Of a DNA stretch of 64,000 bases, positions 19,046 to 28,436 are shown piece after piece; within the stretch, counting starts at the first letter, position 1; every line of letters begins with the position of its first letter. The notes under the pieces are model-generated. The model ran no database searches. It saw nothing but the letters and a program-made list of their open reading frames with translations, and was not told where the DNA came from. The translations under genes and the position numbers were made by a program. Source of the DNA: a virus (Duplodnaviria > Heunggongvirae > Uroviricota > Caudoviricetes); IMG/VR virus record IMGVR_UViG_3300035208_002255, positions 1 through 64,000 of that record. One strand, given 5' to 3'.

Positions 19046-19729
19046 TTATGCGACAACAATGTATGTTTCGATCTTTTGCTTATCGCCTTGGAGTTTACCA
19101 GAGACGAAATTATAGGTTGCCTCAAAAGAGGCGGCAGTCTGTTGAATATTGAGTCGTTCACGACCAATCTCGGAATTGATCTCAAGAGCTTCTTGTTGCT
19201 TTGCAGCAATGGCAGCTTGTGCTTCTTGAATTTGCTGCAACAGAGTTTGGATCTCCGCTTCTTTAGCAGTCTTAAGGTCTTCACGCTTTGTGACTTCACG
19301 AGCGTTCATCTGATCAACCTGAATTTGGAATTCCTTCTTTTTGGAATCCAAGATACCTTGGTAATGATCGATGGCTTTTAAAAGACCATCCTTTGTAAGG
19401 CCCATTGTGGATGCAGTAGTGAAGACTGCAATATACTTCTGGTTTTCCGGCAGTGGAGCGCTTGCCATTGCCGCCAACGCGTTTCGGAACTCGATATAAT
19501 CGAATCCTGGAATGTTAGCTTCTTCAATTGCCTGTGAGAGAAAATTGACCATCTTCTCATCAACAGCCCCGGGAATAGCGGGAGCTGCAATTTGAACAGT
19601 TGCAGGTTGAGTTGGCGGAACTACAGATGTTGCCGCAGCATATCCCGGAGCAGGTTGAGCAGGCTTCTTCTCCTGCGGGGGAGGAGCATTCTCAACTTCA
19701 ACAAACATACTTGCTAATTTGCCAAACAT
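19046..19729 (-). CDS. proline/alanine-rich coiled-coil protein
   Basis: N-terminal PPPQEKKPAQPAPG low complexity, then a coiled coil. Confidence 0.4.
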   Translation of the reverse strand: MFGKLASMFVEVENAPPPQEKKPAQPAPGYAAATSVVPPTQPATVQIAAPAIPGAVDEKMVNFLSQAIEEANIPGFDYIEFRNALAAMASAPLPENQKYIAVFTTASTMGLTKDGLLKAIDHYQGILDSKKKEFQIQVDQMNAREVTKREDLKTAKEAEIQTLLQQIQEAQAAIAAKQQEALEINSEIGRERLNIQQTAASFEATYNFVSGKLQGDKQKIETYIVVA

Positions 19730-19731
19730 TT

Positions 19732-20238
19732 CTACCTCTTTAATGCCCGAAGTAGTTCAGGCTTCTTTAGTTGTCCAATATCACAGCAGTACTTCTCTCC
19801 GAAACCAAAATCTTTCTTTGGTAACTTGATAAGTGCTGTGTGAGTTATCCAGCCAATGTCTTCGAATCCAGTCTCAACAGAACCCAGAATAACTATGTAG
19901 ATATCAGCCCAACGTTGGGGTTCATTAGGATTAACAATCAGATGTCCCTTATCTCTGGGCTGTCCATCCTTCTGAAGACCCAACCATACCACCTCTACGG
20001 AAAGAGGTAAAGTGAAATCGGATCCTCCATCTCCCTTTTTCCCAACTGTCGCATCGAACGGCTGATCATACTCTTGAGCTGCGAAGTATTCCGCAGCAGT
20101 GGCATTGATGTCATTATCAATGGAACACTCAGAACCATCAGATCGATAACCAGAAATACCAACAGCTCTCTTTGATAGGTACCGAGCTTCAGCTAGTGCT
20201 TTTACCAGACGAAGGGTTGTATCGTCAAGCTTTTTCAT
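19732..20238 (-). CDS. hypothetical protein
   Basis: 168 aa ORF. Confidence 0.4.
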   Translation of the reverse strand: MKKLDDTTLRLVKALAEARYLSKRAVGISGYRSDGSECSIDNDINATAAEYFAAQEYDQPFDATVGKKGDGGSDFTLPLSVEVVWLGLQKDGQPRDKGHLIVNPNEPQRWADIYIVILGSVETGFEDIGWITHTALIKLPKKDFGFGEKYCCDIGQLKKPELLRALKR

Positions 20239-20606
20239 TTAACTCTCCGAAAAGAACTTCCTCGACCATTATCAACTCTTCCATCTGCGGTCATAACGGT
20301 TAATCCTTGAGCTTTTGCTTTTTTAATGTATTCATCATGAGCTTCTGGAGTAAATCCTTTTTTACGTTTTGGCTGATCGCTTGCGGGCAAAGAAACGGGT
20401 GCAACCGCAACACTACTCTCACCATTTGTCATGGTTTCGGTATCAATTGCAAACCCAAATTTATCTATACTAGGGTTCGAACTTGAGTTAAGCGGTAGTG
20501 TTACTTCTGGACTTGTAAAGTAAGTCTCAAAGAATTGCTGCGCTTTATCCCTAGACTCTTTCCATCGTTTTTCGTAAAGATCATCAATCTCTTTTAGATA
20601 ACTCAT
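20235..20606 (-). CDS. hypothetical protein
   Basis: 123 aa ORF. Confidence 0.4.
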   Translation of the reverse strand: MSYLKEIDDLYEKRWKESRDKAQQFFETYFTSPEVTLPLNSSSNPSIDKFGFAIDTETMTNGESSVAVAPVSLPASDQPKRKKGFTPEAHDEYIKKAKAQGLTVMTADGRVDNGRGSSFRRVK

Positions 20607-20614
20607 ATTCCCTC

Positions 20615-20650
20615 CAAGAAAAAAGGGGACGGGATAAACCCGTCCCCCTT
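20615..20650 (-). terminator. Rho-independent terminator
   Basis: Hairpin GGGGACGGGATAAACCCGTCCCC followed by a U-run on the minus strand, just after the flotillin-like gene stop. Confidence 0.7.
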
Positions 20651-20668
20651 TGGACTAAACAATTTAAC

Positions 20669-22972
20669 TTAGGTTGCCTTTTCCATCAGAGTCTTGTTAC
20701 CAGTCAGGTATTGAAGTAGTGCGAGTGACATGAGTCCACTCTGATCCTTCTCACCAGAAGAACCACCTCCAACATACACATCAGGAATGAGCTTTAGCTT
20801 GTTACTAGCAATTCGCTCCACAACCTGAATCTGACCGAAGACCTCATTACCCATAGCTTGAACCTGAAGCTTGTAAGCTTCAGCATTGGACTTACCTTGT
20901 TCTAGGATAACGAGAGCTTGTGCAAGACCCTTCTTCTCGATAGCTTCTGCGTCCGCAACTGCGTTGACCTTAGTTGCTTCAGCGTCAGCACCTGCCTTCA
21001 AACGTGTTGCCTTCGCAGCACCCTCAGCACGAATCTCGACAGCACGAGCATCACCAGTGGATTTCTCGATCTCTGCATTTGCAAAGTTCTTCGAGATTTC
21101 AACACCACGCTCTGCCTCTACAACCTTGGGCTGCATATTAGCCTGAGCCTTAGCATTTTCAAACTGACGGCGCTCTTCCTGAGCTTGCTTCTGAGTGGTG
21201 AAGGTCATCTTCTCTTGCTCAGCAATTTGTCGATCTGTAACTGTACGAGTCAGCTCAGTGGGAAGAACAACATCTGCAATCATCGTATCCTTGGATTCGA
21301 TGTGGTGAATGCGAAGCACGCTCTGGATATGTTCCTTGGCGCGCTCTTGCAGTTCAGCACGTTTGGTGTACAAATCCAATGCCTTAACGGATTGTGCTGC
21401 GTTACGGAAGTGAGATGAGATTGCGGGTTCGAGAACCTGCGAAATCATGTTGTCTACAGATCCTAGGTTTGCAACAACCTTCGGAGCGTCTGACATTGCG
21501 ATATGGATAATAACAGAGACATCCATATTCGCATTAAACGCATCAGCGGTACGCAGAGTGATGGTTTTCAGATTGGAATCCAAAGCATGAGCGCTGGACT
21601 CGTTGTCTGCCCAATTCAAAAGAATCTGAGTTGTAGGCACCTTATCAACCTTACAGACGCGAGTGTTGATTGGATGCTTGCCAGGTCCAAGAGGCTCAGC
21701 CCAAATACCCTTCTTACCAGTCTGGACAATCTTCGCGTTCACGTCCGCGTTTGTGGTATCTTCACCTTCATCACCAACGAATGAGGTTACAACACCACAT
21801 TCACCAATGCAGACCTCAACCATTGGAACTTGTTCAATCATTGCGAACCAAGGATTGATAGCATAGTTACCAGAGCGAAGAACCGGAATCTGCAGACCCT
21901 TCTGACCCTTTTCAGCAAGAAATGCAGCGGCATTTTGGAAGTTATTATGAACCTCGATGGATACTTCATTAGCTGCAATCTTGGATGCATCGATAATTGG
22001 ACGACCTTCAAGGATAGTTACAATACCGATAGCCTCTGGTCCAATATAGACCCAAGGAACAACCTTCACGATGTTAAACAGGGCTGTATTGATACGATAC
22101 GTTCCTGGCATGAGAATCTCAAGCTGATGACCTTTCTGACCACCATTCTGCAAGAATGCATTACCATTCTCAAAGTTTGAATGCCCATCAACTTTTTTAC
22201 CAAGAAGAGATCCGTCAGGAATACGAGATCCATCCATTGCAGAGATAAGGCCCATATGACCGTTCGGAATCACGGTGACAGGCTTATTCTCAACATGGAA
22301 CAATCTTGTATTGATACGGTAGTTTCCAGGAGGAAGAACAGCAATCTGAGGACCCTTTTGACCACCATTCTTAAGGAACAAGTCTGCGTCCTGGAAGTGA
22401 TCGCAATCAACGGGTTCAGCGAAAATACGACCAACAGCACAAGCCTGACCTGCAATAGATTCAACGAGACCAATTTCATCTTCTCCGATGATAATAGCCT
22501 TCTCAATATTAATCACAAATAGATGTGGGTTAATCTGATATTGGCCAGGAGGCAAGATGGCCAGCTGGGGCCCTTTCTCTCCACCATTCTTCAGGAATGC
22601 TTCACCATCTTGAAACAGATTACAATCAATGGTCTTAGCAAAGAATTGTCCAGTAGGCATTGGCTTACCGGTAATTGCAGTAATAATACCGATCTGGTGA
22701 GTGCCAATGTTGGTGAACTTATGTTTTGTAACAGTGTTGATAAAAGGAATGAAGAAGTGGATACCAGGGCCGAGCGTACGGGCCTGAACACCAACCTCAT
22801 TTCCAATAGCAACGGTACGACCATCTGTCATGGTCTTACCGAAATATTTGCGTTCGAACGTAATGAATTCATCACCACCAGCAATAGCAAAACTGGTGAA
22901 GAAGAAAACCAGTCCGACGATTGCCCCGATAATGACGAGGTAATGCGCCAAAATGAAATTCAGAATAAACAT
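20669..22972 (-). CDS. flotillin/SPFH (band-7) family protein with five N-terminal ~55-aa tandem repeats
   Basis: N-terminal transmembrane segment; repeats FLKNGG.KGPQ...PG.Y.IN..LF; SPFH core; C-terminal AEAEA/EAIEKKG flotillin-type repeats. Confidence 0.65.
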   Translation of the reverse strand: MFILNFILAHYLVIIGAIVGLVFFFTSFAIAGGDEFITFERKYFGKTMTDGRTVAIGNEVGVQARTLGPGIHFFIPFINTVTKHKFTNIGTHQIGIITAITGKPMPTGQFFAKTIDCNLFQDGEAFLKNGGEKGPQLAILPPGQYQINPHLFVINIEKAIIIGEDEIGLVESIAGQACAVGRIFAEPVDCDHFQDADLFLKNGGQKGPQIAVLPPGNYRINTRLFHVENKPVTVIPNGHMGLISAMDGSRIPDGSLLGKKVDGHSNFENGNAFLQNGGQKGHQLEILMPGTYRINTALFNIVKVVPWVYIGPEAIGIVTILEGRPIIDASKIAANEVSIEVHNNFQNAAAFLAEKGQKGLQIPVLRSGNYAINPWFAMIEQVPMVEVCIGECGVVTSFVGDEGEDTTNADVNAKIVQTGKKGIWAEPLGPGKHPINTRVCKVDKVPTTQILLNWADNESSAHALDSNLKTITLRTADAFNANMDVSVIIHIAMSDAPKVVANLGSVDNMISQVLEPAISSHFRNAAQSVKALDLYTKRAELQERAKEHIQSVLRIHHIESKDTMIADVVLPTELTRTVTDRQIAEQEKMTFTTQKQAQEERRQFENAKAQANMQPKVVEAERGVEISKNFANAEIEKSTGDARAVEIRAEGAAKATRLKAGADAEATKVNAVADAEAIEKKGLAQALVILEQGKSNAEAYKLQVQAMGNEVFGQIQVVERIASNKLKLIPDVYVGGGSSGEKDQSGLMSLALLQYLTGNKTLMEKAT

Positions 22973-23055
22973 TCTTGTCCTTGTGTTTGGGGGTAATTCC
23001 CAGTAGCCGACAGTGTGGCATACTCAGTTTCCCAAGTCAAGAACTTTCTGTTTGG

Positions 23056-23129
23056 TATCCCCGATTGGACTCGAACCAACATTAAGACAGTTTAGGAAAC
23101 TGTTGCCTAATCCTTTAGACTACGGGGAT
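23056..23129 (-). tRNA. tRNA-Arg (anticodon CCT)
   Basis: Acceptor ATCCCCG/CGGGGAT, T-loop TTCGAGT, anticodon stem ACAGT/ACTGT, loop TTCCTAA. Confidence 0.6.
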
Positions 23130-23369
23130 ATATTAGGAAAACGTTAACAAAATAATGAGTTCCTTGATTCTAGCGTCTAATCTGGTTAGGCGGCACAATC
23201 AAAGAACCCATCATCAACGCTGTTGTTTCTGGGTCTATCTTTTCGACCTTGGCCCTTCTCAGGTTGAACTGTTCTATTTTTCAATCTTGTTGGATCATTC
23301 TTTGCTAGGATTGCAAGGATTGTATTCCTTGGCTTTCTAGGCTTGCGTTTCTTATTAGACATAATACTC

Positions 23370-23636
23370 CTATTCAATTTCATCTACATTTACTTCCATT
23401 TTAATGGTTCCCTTTTTAGAGATTGTATGAAATGAGAACCGTTTTTGGTTTACGGTTAAGTCTTTTACCAGTTCAAGAAATTCTGTTTTCTCTGAACTTT
23501 TAAATGCATAAACTTCTAAATACTGTTGAGATCCTGGACCCCAACCTGTATCTATGGACATTTCGCTTGATACAAATACAACATACTTGGCATCAAGCCC
23601 ATCGGTTTCTTGAACGAGAAATTGATTCCATCCCAT
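23370..23636 (-). CDS. hypothetical protein
   Basis: 88 aa ORF. Confidence 0.35.
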   Translation of the reverse strand: MGWNQFLVQETDGLDAKYVVFVSSEMSIDTGWGPGSQQYLEVYAFKSSEKTEFLELVKDLTVNQKRFSFHTISKKGTIKMEVNVDEIE

Positions 23637-23997
23637 ATTAGCACCTCATTTCGTTCCTTGTCAATCTCCAACGAACCAGTTTTGCCAGCTGTCTATGGGA
23701 CATGTCTAATAAGTCATATCTCAATTTAAGATATAGGGCAAGCCGAAGAAGGTTCTCATGAGAAGCCTTCTTCAACTGACATTTTGGAATGTCATATAAC
23801 CCGATATACATTACTTTCCATGTTTGGCAAGACAATCAGTGGATATGCAAGTTCCTTCATGATCAATCTGAATTGCACCACAACCTTCACAAAGGGCAAT
23901 TGGAAATAATCCATTTTTGGTATCTTCTGGTAAAGATAATCCTGCAAGATCTTTTGAGTCCTCACCAAAAATTTTAATACTACATTGCTTACAGAAA

Positions 23998-24234
23998 TCA
24001 GCCATGTTTTCTTTCTATATGTACGACCCTCACATTAGGATCAATTGTGGCGGTCAATTGCAGTTCATGGGGTCCACTGTAAAAGTCCTCAGGAATGTCT
24101 GAACCCGTCTCATAGAGAGGGCGTACTGGTCTGCTCTCATTAATGTGAACAGCGCCCCCTTCAATAACATTCCACACTTGCTTGTTAATAACAGCACCTT
24201 TATCATCAAGTTGTTCGTATGTAATTCTATGCAT
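23998..24234 (-). CDS. hypothetical protein
   Basis: 78 aa ORF. Confidence 0.35.
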   Translation of the reverse strand: MHRITYEQLDDKGAVINKQVWNVIEGGAVHINESRPVRPLYETGSDIPEDFYSGPHELQLTATIDPNVRVVHIERKHG

Positions 24235-24904
24235 GTTTTAACTCCTCTCTCAAATCAGTCAATACAAAACCTAGCAAATTCAAGCCCTTCCACATTAATG
24301 GATCTTTAGCTGCTTTATCATCTTCTGCAAGACCGATACCCCAAATTCTATCAACAGGTGAAGCTTCTACAAGAATCTTTGATCCGGTACCAAGAAGAAT
24401 AGCTTTGTATTCATTATTTTGTGTGAACTTGTATCTATTACCAGAAAGAACTATATTGTATCTGTGTTCGATCCACACCTCTTCATCATAGTTTTTAACT
24501 TGGCGTCCAAGATCTTTTGCAATTTTAGGATAATCTGCTTCAAGAATCTTTTGAATGGTGTCCTCATCACCAAAGAGTCGAGCCTTTTCAACCATCATCC
24601 AGTGTTCAGCAGTTTTATAAAACACATCATCGACTGTGAAACCTTGATTTGCCCACTGAGAGAATGGACCTTTCCAAAATAATTCAAACTCGAACTTTTC
24701 TCCAGCTTTGATTCTTTCTTGTAGGTTTGTTACCTTTTTAAAGTCTTTCATAATTTCCTTTGGTGTTTCAAAAGCACCGCAAAAACATTTATATATGAGG
24801 CAAGCTCCGCCCCATTCATCTTTATTAAAGACGCAGCATTCATCATCAAGGCAATGTTCACTGCGTGCATGACCACACTTACACAAATCATCATTATTAT
24901 TCAT
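24227..24904 (-). CDS. NADAR (YbiA-like) domain protein with N-terminal zinc ribbon
   Basis: AEHWMMVEKARLF and ...GLNLLGFVLTDLREEL align to the E. coli YbiA signature blocks (SEHYFQAQKF ... NRLGYLLMELREQL). Confidence 0.7.
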   Translation of the reverse strand: MNNNDDLCKCGHARSEHCLDDECCVFNKDEWGGACLIYKCFCGAFETPKEIMKDFKKVTNLQERIKAGEKFEFELFWKGPFSQWANQGFTVDDVFYKTAEHWMMVEKARLFGDEDTIQKILEADYPKIAKDLGRQVKNYDEEVWIEHRYNIVLSGNRYKFTQNNEYKAILLGTGSKILVEASPVDRIWGIGLAEDDKAAKDPLMWKGLNLLGFVLTDLREELKHA

Positions 24905-25392
24905 AAATTACTAGGATCAATAATACTGATCTTGTATTCACGCCCTCTATTAATTTCTTTCTCGGCATAACGAATGGTTCCAAAAGTTCCGCCTTGTCTA
25001 ATGCCATTCCAAACACCTAAAAGCTGATCTGAATTATCTACAATCCACCGATCTCTAAGATACATTTTCTCAGGAGCATAAGGTCCGGGAGATACTACTA
25101 CAACCTCAATTGCTTGGTTAAGTAGCTCTCTGAATTTTTGCTTAGACCTCTCCGGCCACTGAGAGTCTTGACCATCACAAGGCATCGCAGCAATGAATGG
25201 AATACCCAAATCAATTGCTACGTAAGCTGCATACTGATCTACGCCAAGAGCCATTCCTGAAATGATCTTTTCAGGATTCAACTCTTTGATTTTATCAGTT
25301 AAAGCTTTGTATACCTTTTCATATGTTGGGTTTGGTATATCGTAACTGCAATTAAGTCCAGGAGGACGATGTCCAGTTATACCCAAAATCAT
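24901..25392 (-). CDS. SLOG/YoqJ-like (DUF1273) Rossmann protein
   Basis: N-terminal ILGITGHRPPGL; 4-nt overlap with the NADAR gene. Confidence 0.5.
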   Translation of the reverse strand: MILGITGHRPPGLNCSYDIPNPTYEKVYKALTDKIKELNPEKIISGMALGVDQYAAYVAIDLGIPFIAAMPCDGQDSQWPERSKQKFRELLNQAIEVVVVSPGPYAPEKMYLRDRWIVDNSDQLLGVWNGIRQGGTFGTIRYAEKEINRGREYKISIIDPSNL

Positions 25393-25628
25393 CCTGGCAC
25401 TCCATTGTATCCATTTTCTTCGATAACTCGAATAATTTCATCAACAGTTTTACGAGCAATAGGATCAGCAGATTGCATTCTGTTCCTACGTTCGAGTTCT
25501 AGGATTTTGGCATCCAACCGTTCGATTTCTTCAAACAGTTGACATACATGAGATGGGTATAGTTTAGCTCTATCTATAGTGCTAAGCCTATCTGAGTTAA
25601 AGTAAATATCAGCTATCTCTGGTCTCAT
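25389..25628 (-). CDS. hypothetical protein
   Basis: 79 aa ORF. Confidence 0.35.
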   Translation of the reverse strand: MRPEIADIYFNSDRLSTIDRAKLYPSHVCQLFEEIERLDAKILELERRNRMQSADPIARKTVDEIIRVIEENGYNGVPG

Positions 25629-25911
25629 ATGAATCCAATAGTGGTATGGAATGATCGGTTGAAGAATCTAGTCTTTCAACTATTTTGACCTTGTTCTTTT
25701 TTTGATCGATGAAAGAACCATCCAATGTATAAAACTTAACACACTTTCCGGGGATTATTCGACACCAACCGGCAGATGTTTCTAAAGATCCAACATTGAG
25801 TTTGACTTTTATCCAAAGATCTTTATCTTCTATCTTTTTAGGTTTTATAGTAATCGTTCCTAGAAAGATAACAACAGAAACAATTGCTGTTAGTAATCCC
25901 CAAAACCACAT
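25609..25911 (-). CDS. small membrane protein
   Basis: N-terminal hydrophobic helix. Confidence 0.35.
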   Translation of the reverse strand: MWFWGLLTAIVSVVIFLGTITIKPKKIEDKDLWIKVKLNVGSLETSAGWCRIIPGKCVKFYTLDGSFIDQKKNKVKIVERLDSSTDHSIPLLDSYETRDS

Positions 25912-25949
25912 TGAACTATTCCCAAGGTGATGATGTTTTGTTCCATGAT

Positions 25950-27344
25950 CTACCTAAAACCCAAAGCTTTCATTATAGAATTCTTACCAAGAATTTCTTC
26001 TTCATTTCCACTGTACTTTTCACGAAGTACATCAATCTCTTTAGCGCGTTCAAAGACTTCATCAATTGTAGATCTTTGCAACTGAAGACAGAGTTCTTTA
26101 ATATCTGCTCCAGTTAAGCCTTCGGAAGATTCAATACATTTGATCAGATCAACATCTGAAAGAGTTATCTTCATTTCGGAAGCATATCTTTCAAAGATTT
26201 CTTTCCGATCACTTTCTGAAGGTTCTGGTACTTCGTAAATCTGATCGATTCGGCCTTTACGAGTAACAGCTTCATCATACAAAATTCCAGAGAATGTATT
26301 GGCAGTAAACAAGAAGTTTGTATGTGGATTCTTGTCCTTTACAGACTCTAGCATTTTAAGTACTGCTTTGATGTAAGGTGGGCCATCATTTGATCTATCA
26401 CAGTCATCAAAGATGATGAAGTCTGGTTTCATTTGAAGAAATAAAGATTCCATTTCCTCAATGATTGGAACAGTATCAAAGCCAGAAATAATGAAGACTC
26501 TGCCTTCAACACTATCAACTATAGAGTTAACAATTCCGGTTTTACCAGTACCCGGCTTGCCGATAAGTAAATACCCGCGAGAGAGTTTGTTCTCCCTGAA
26601 ATATTTGTAATCATCCTTCAGTTTCTCAATTAACTTGTTAGATGATCCGAAAATCTTCTTCTGAGTTAGTTCAGTTTTTACATAAGTAAGGTTACCATCA
26701 TCAGCTTCAAGCTGAATGACACGACCTAGTTTAGACCAAAGCATATCGAGGATATCATCTTTAGTTATACCCTTTGTAACAAGAACTTTTTTGGTAATCT
26801 CAGATTCTCGCTCTTGCACCCAGTAAAGAAAACCATCTTTGTTGATTGGGTATCTGTACAACCAATATGGAGGAGAGAAAGGTGCATGGTCTTGAGGTCT
26901 GAAGACCTCATCTGGCTCAACTATCTGTTCGAGCAAATCTCCAATGATCTCTTCAGAGATCCCGAAATCAATAGTTGTAAGATCTTTACGCTCAAGAATT
27001 CTAGATCTATTGAAATCTATATTCCTAGCAAGTCTCCAAGCTAGAGCTAGCGTTTTTGTTCTAGCAATTAGCGGACTATCATTCTTGGACGGAATGAAAT
27101 GCCAATGATCGATAATTACCTCTACATAAGACGCGATGGTATTTAAGGATGGTAGTCCACAGAAAATTGAGTTTTTATCTATAATTTTTTGGATTCCAAA
27201 ACCTATTGTAGAATCATCAATATCAACTTCCCTGCGAGAAATAGCTTTGAGAGGTGGTGCTAAATTTTTCACATTCAAACTTTCTGGCGATTCACCAAAG
27301 AATTCAATCAGAATTAAAGAGGTGAGCCGCGCATTCCTCGACAC
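25950..27344 (-). CDS. AAA+ ATPase
   Basis: Walker A GKPGTGKT, Walker B IIFDDCDR, arginine finger region. Confidence 0.7.
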   Translation of the reverse strand: MSRNARLTSLILIEFFGESPESLNVKNLAPPLKAISRREVDIDDSTIGFGIQKIIDKNSIFCGLPSLNTIASYVEVIIDHWHFIPSKNDSPLIARTKTLALAWRLARNIDFNRSRILERKDLTTIDFGISEEIIGDLLEQIVEPDEVFRPQDHAPFSPPYWLYRYPINKDGFLYWVQERESEITKKVLVTKGITKDDILDMLWSKLGRVIQLEADDGNLTYVKTELTQKKIFGSSNKLIEKLKDDYKYFRENKLSRGYLLIGKPGTGKTGIVNSIVDSVEGRVFIISGFDTVPIIEEMESLFLQMKPDFIIFDDCDRSNDGPPYIKAVLKMLESVKDKNPHTNFLFTANTFSGILYDEAVTRKGRIDQIYEVPEPSESDRKEIFERYASEMKITLSDVDLIKCIESSEGLTGADIKELCLQLQRSTIDEVFERAKEIDVLREKYSGNEEEILGKNSIMKALGFR

Positions 27345-27349
27345 CGATA

Positions 27350-27553
27350 TTAGTTGCTTTCTCTCATTTTCTTAAGCTGTTCTTTAAGAACCATTCTTGC
27401 AAATTCTATATCTCTAAACAATGGTTGAGGTACTTTTAAATGCATCATCAAGACATCTCCATTTGAATTCTTTAAAATGGTACTTGGTCTTGCCTTGCAA
27501 TGCTGGATGGCATCTAACAGATCATCAAACGGTTTATCATTTACGAAATACAT
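27350..27553 (-). CDS. hypothetical small protein
   Basis: 67 aa ORF. Confidence 0.3.
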   Translation of the reverse strand: MYFVNDKPFDDLLDAIQHCKARPSTILKNSNGDVLMMHLKVPQPLFRDIEFARMVLKEQLKKMRESN

Positions 27554-28436
27554 CTTGTGGCTTTCCTACTAAGAGTAGAGAATCTTTCGACTTTTCAAAC
27601 GATACTTCATCACCAAGGCTTACTGGCACAACTTTATGATCTCCATCAATGTACAATGCTGATGAAGACATCTTCGAACGAGCATGTACAGAACATCCCT
27701 CATCGATTTCAATCATTCGTAGACCAGGAGCTTGATCTGGTCTGTGATACAGTTCCCGAACACAAAGCTGTAAAACCTTTGAATCCAAAGGCATAGGATC
27801 GAACCCAGCTGAGCGTCTAGCTCCTGTGGAACCAGCGGCTGGCCCAACCCAAAATCCGCTAGATTTCTGAGTTTCATTTGTACGGAAATAACTTAAATAA
27901 GCAGCGCATTTCTTTTCCAAAACATATGATGATGTTGTAGCCGGGTTTGTATGACAAAACAATACGTCATTCAATACGCGGTCAGCAACTGTAACACCAT
28001 TTTTCTTTACCAACATTCTGGTAAGAACTGTTGATTTAAAGTTCTTAGCAATTACTTGACTAATACTATCTTCAACATTTGCAGCAGTTGAAGTGCAGAA
28101 GAAACCAACGCTTGTTTCCGGATCTGAGTTTACACCAAGAACAGGGATTGTATTATGAACGTTATGAGAGGCACCAAGAAGAGTACCATCACCACCAACG
28201 GTCACAATGAGAGCAACCTCCGACAACTCAGCAATAAAGCTAGCGTTTGGAATATCAATATTGAATACAGTACCAAACTTGTTTGCAGCTTTAATTACCG
28301 CTTCTAGTGCTTCATAATGCCTATCGTGAGATGCTTTCCATCTGGTGATGATGCTTTTATCATCAAACTCAGCATTATCTTCCAAAACTTTGGAATACGT
28401 TGTCTGCTTGCTAACGACAATGATTCTGGGCTTCAT
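27537..28436 (-). CDS. nadK: NAD+ kinase
   Basis: GGDGTLL motif, GVN..G..GFF, C-terminal strand region typical of NadK/PpnK. Confidence 0.7.
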   Translation of the reverse strand: MKPRIIVVSKQTTYSKVLEDNAEFDDKSIITRWKASHDRHYEALEAVIKAANKFGTVFNIDIPNASFIAELSEVALIVTVGGDGTLLGASHNVHNTIPVLGVNSDPETSVGFFCTSTAANVEDSISQVIAKNFKSTVLTRMLVKKNGVTVADRVLNDVLFCHTNPATTSSYVLEKKCAAYLSYFRTNETQKSSGFWVGPAAGSTGARRSAGFDPMPLDSKVLQLCVRELYHRPDQAPGLRMIEIDEGCSVHARSKMSSSALYIDGDHKVVPVSLGDEVSFEKSKDSLLLVGKPQDVFRK

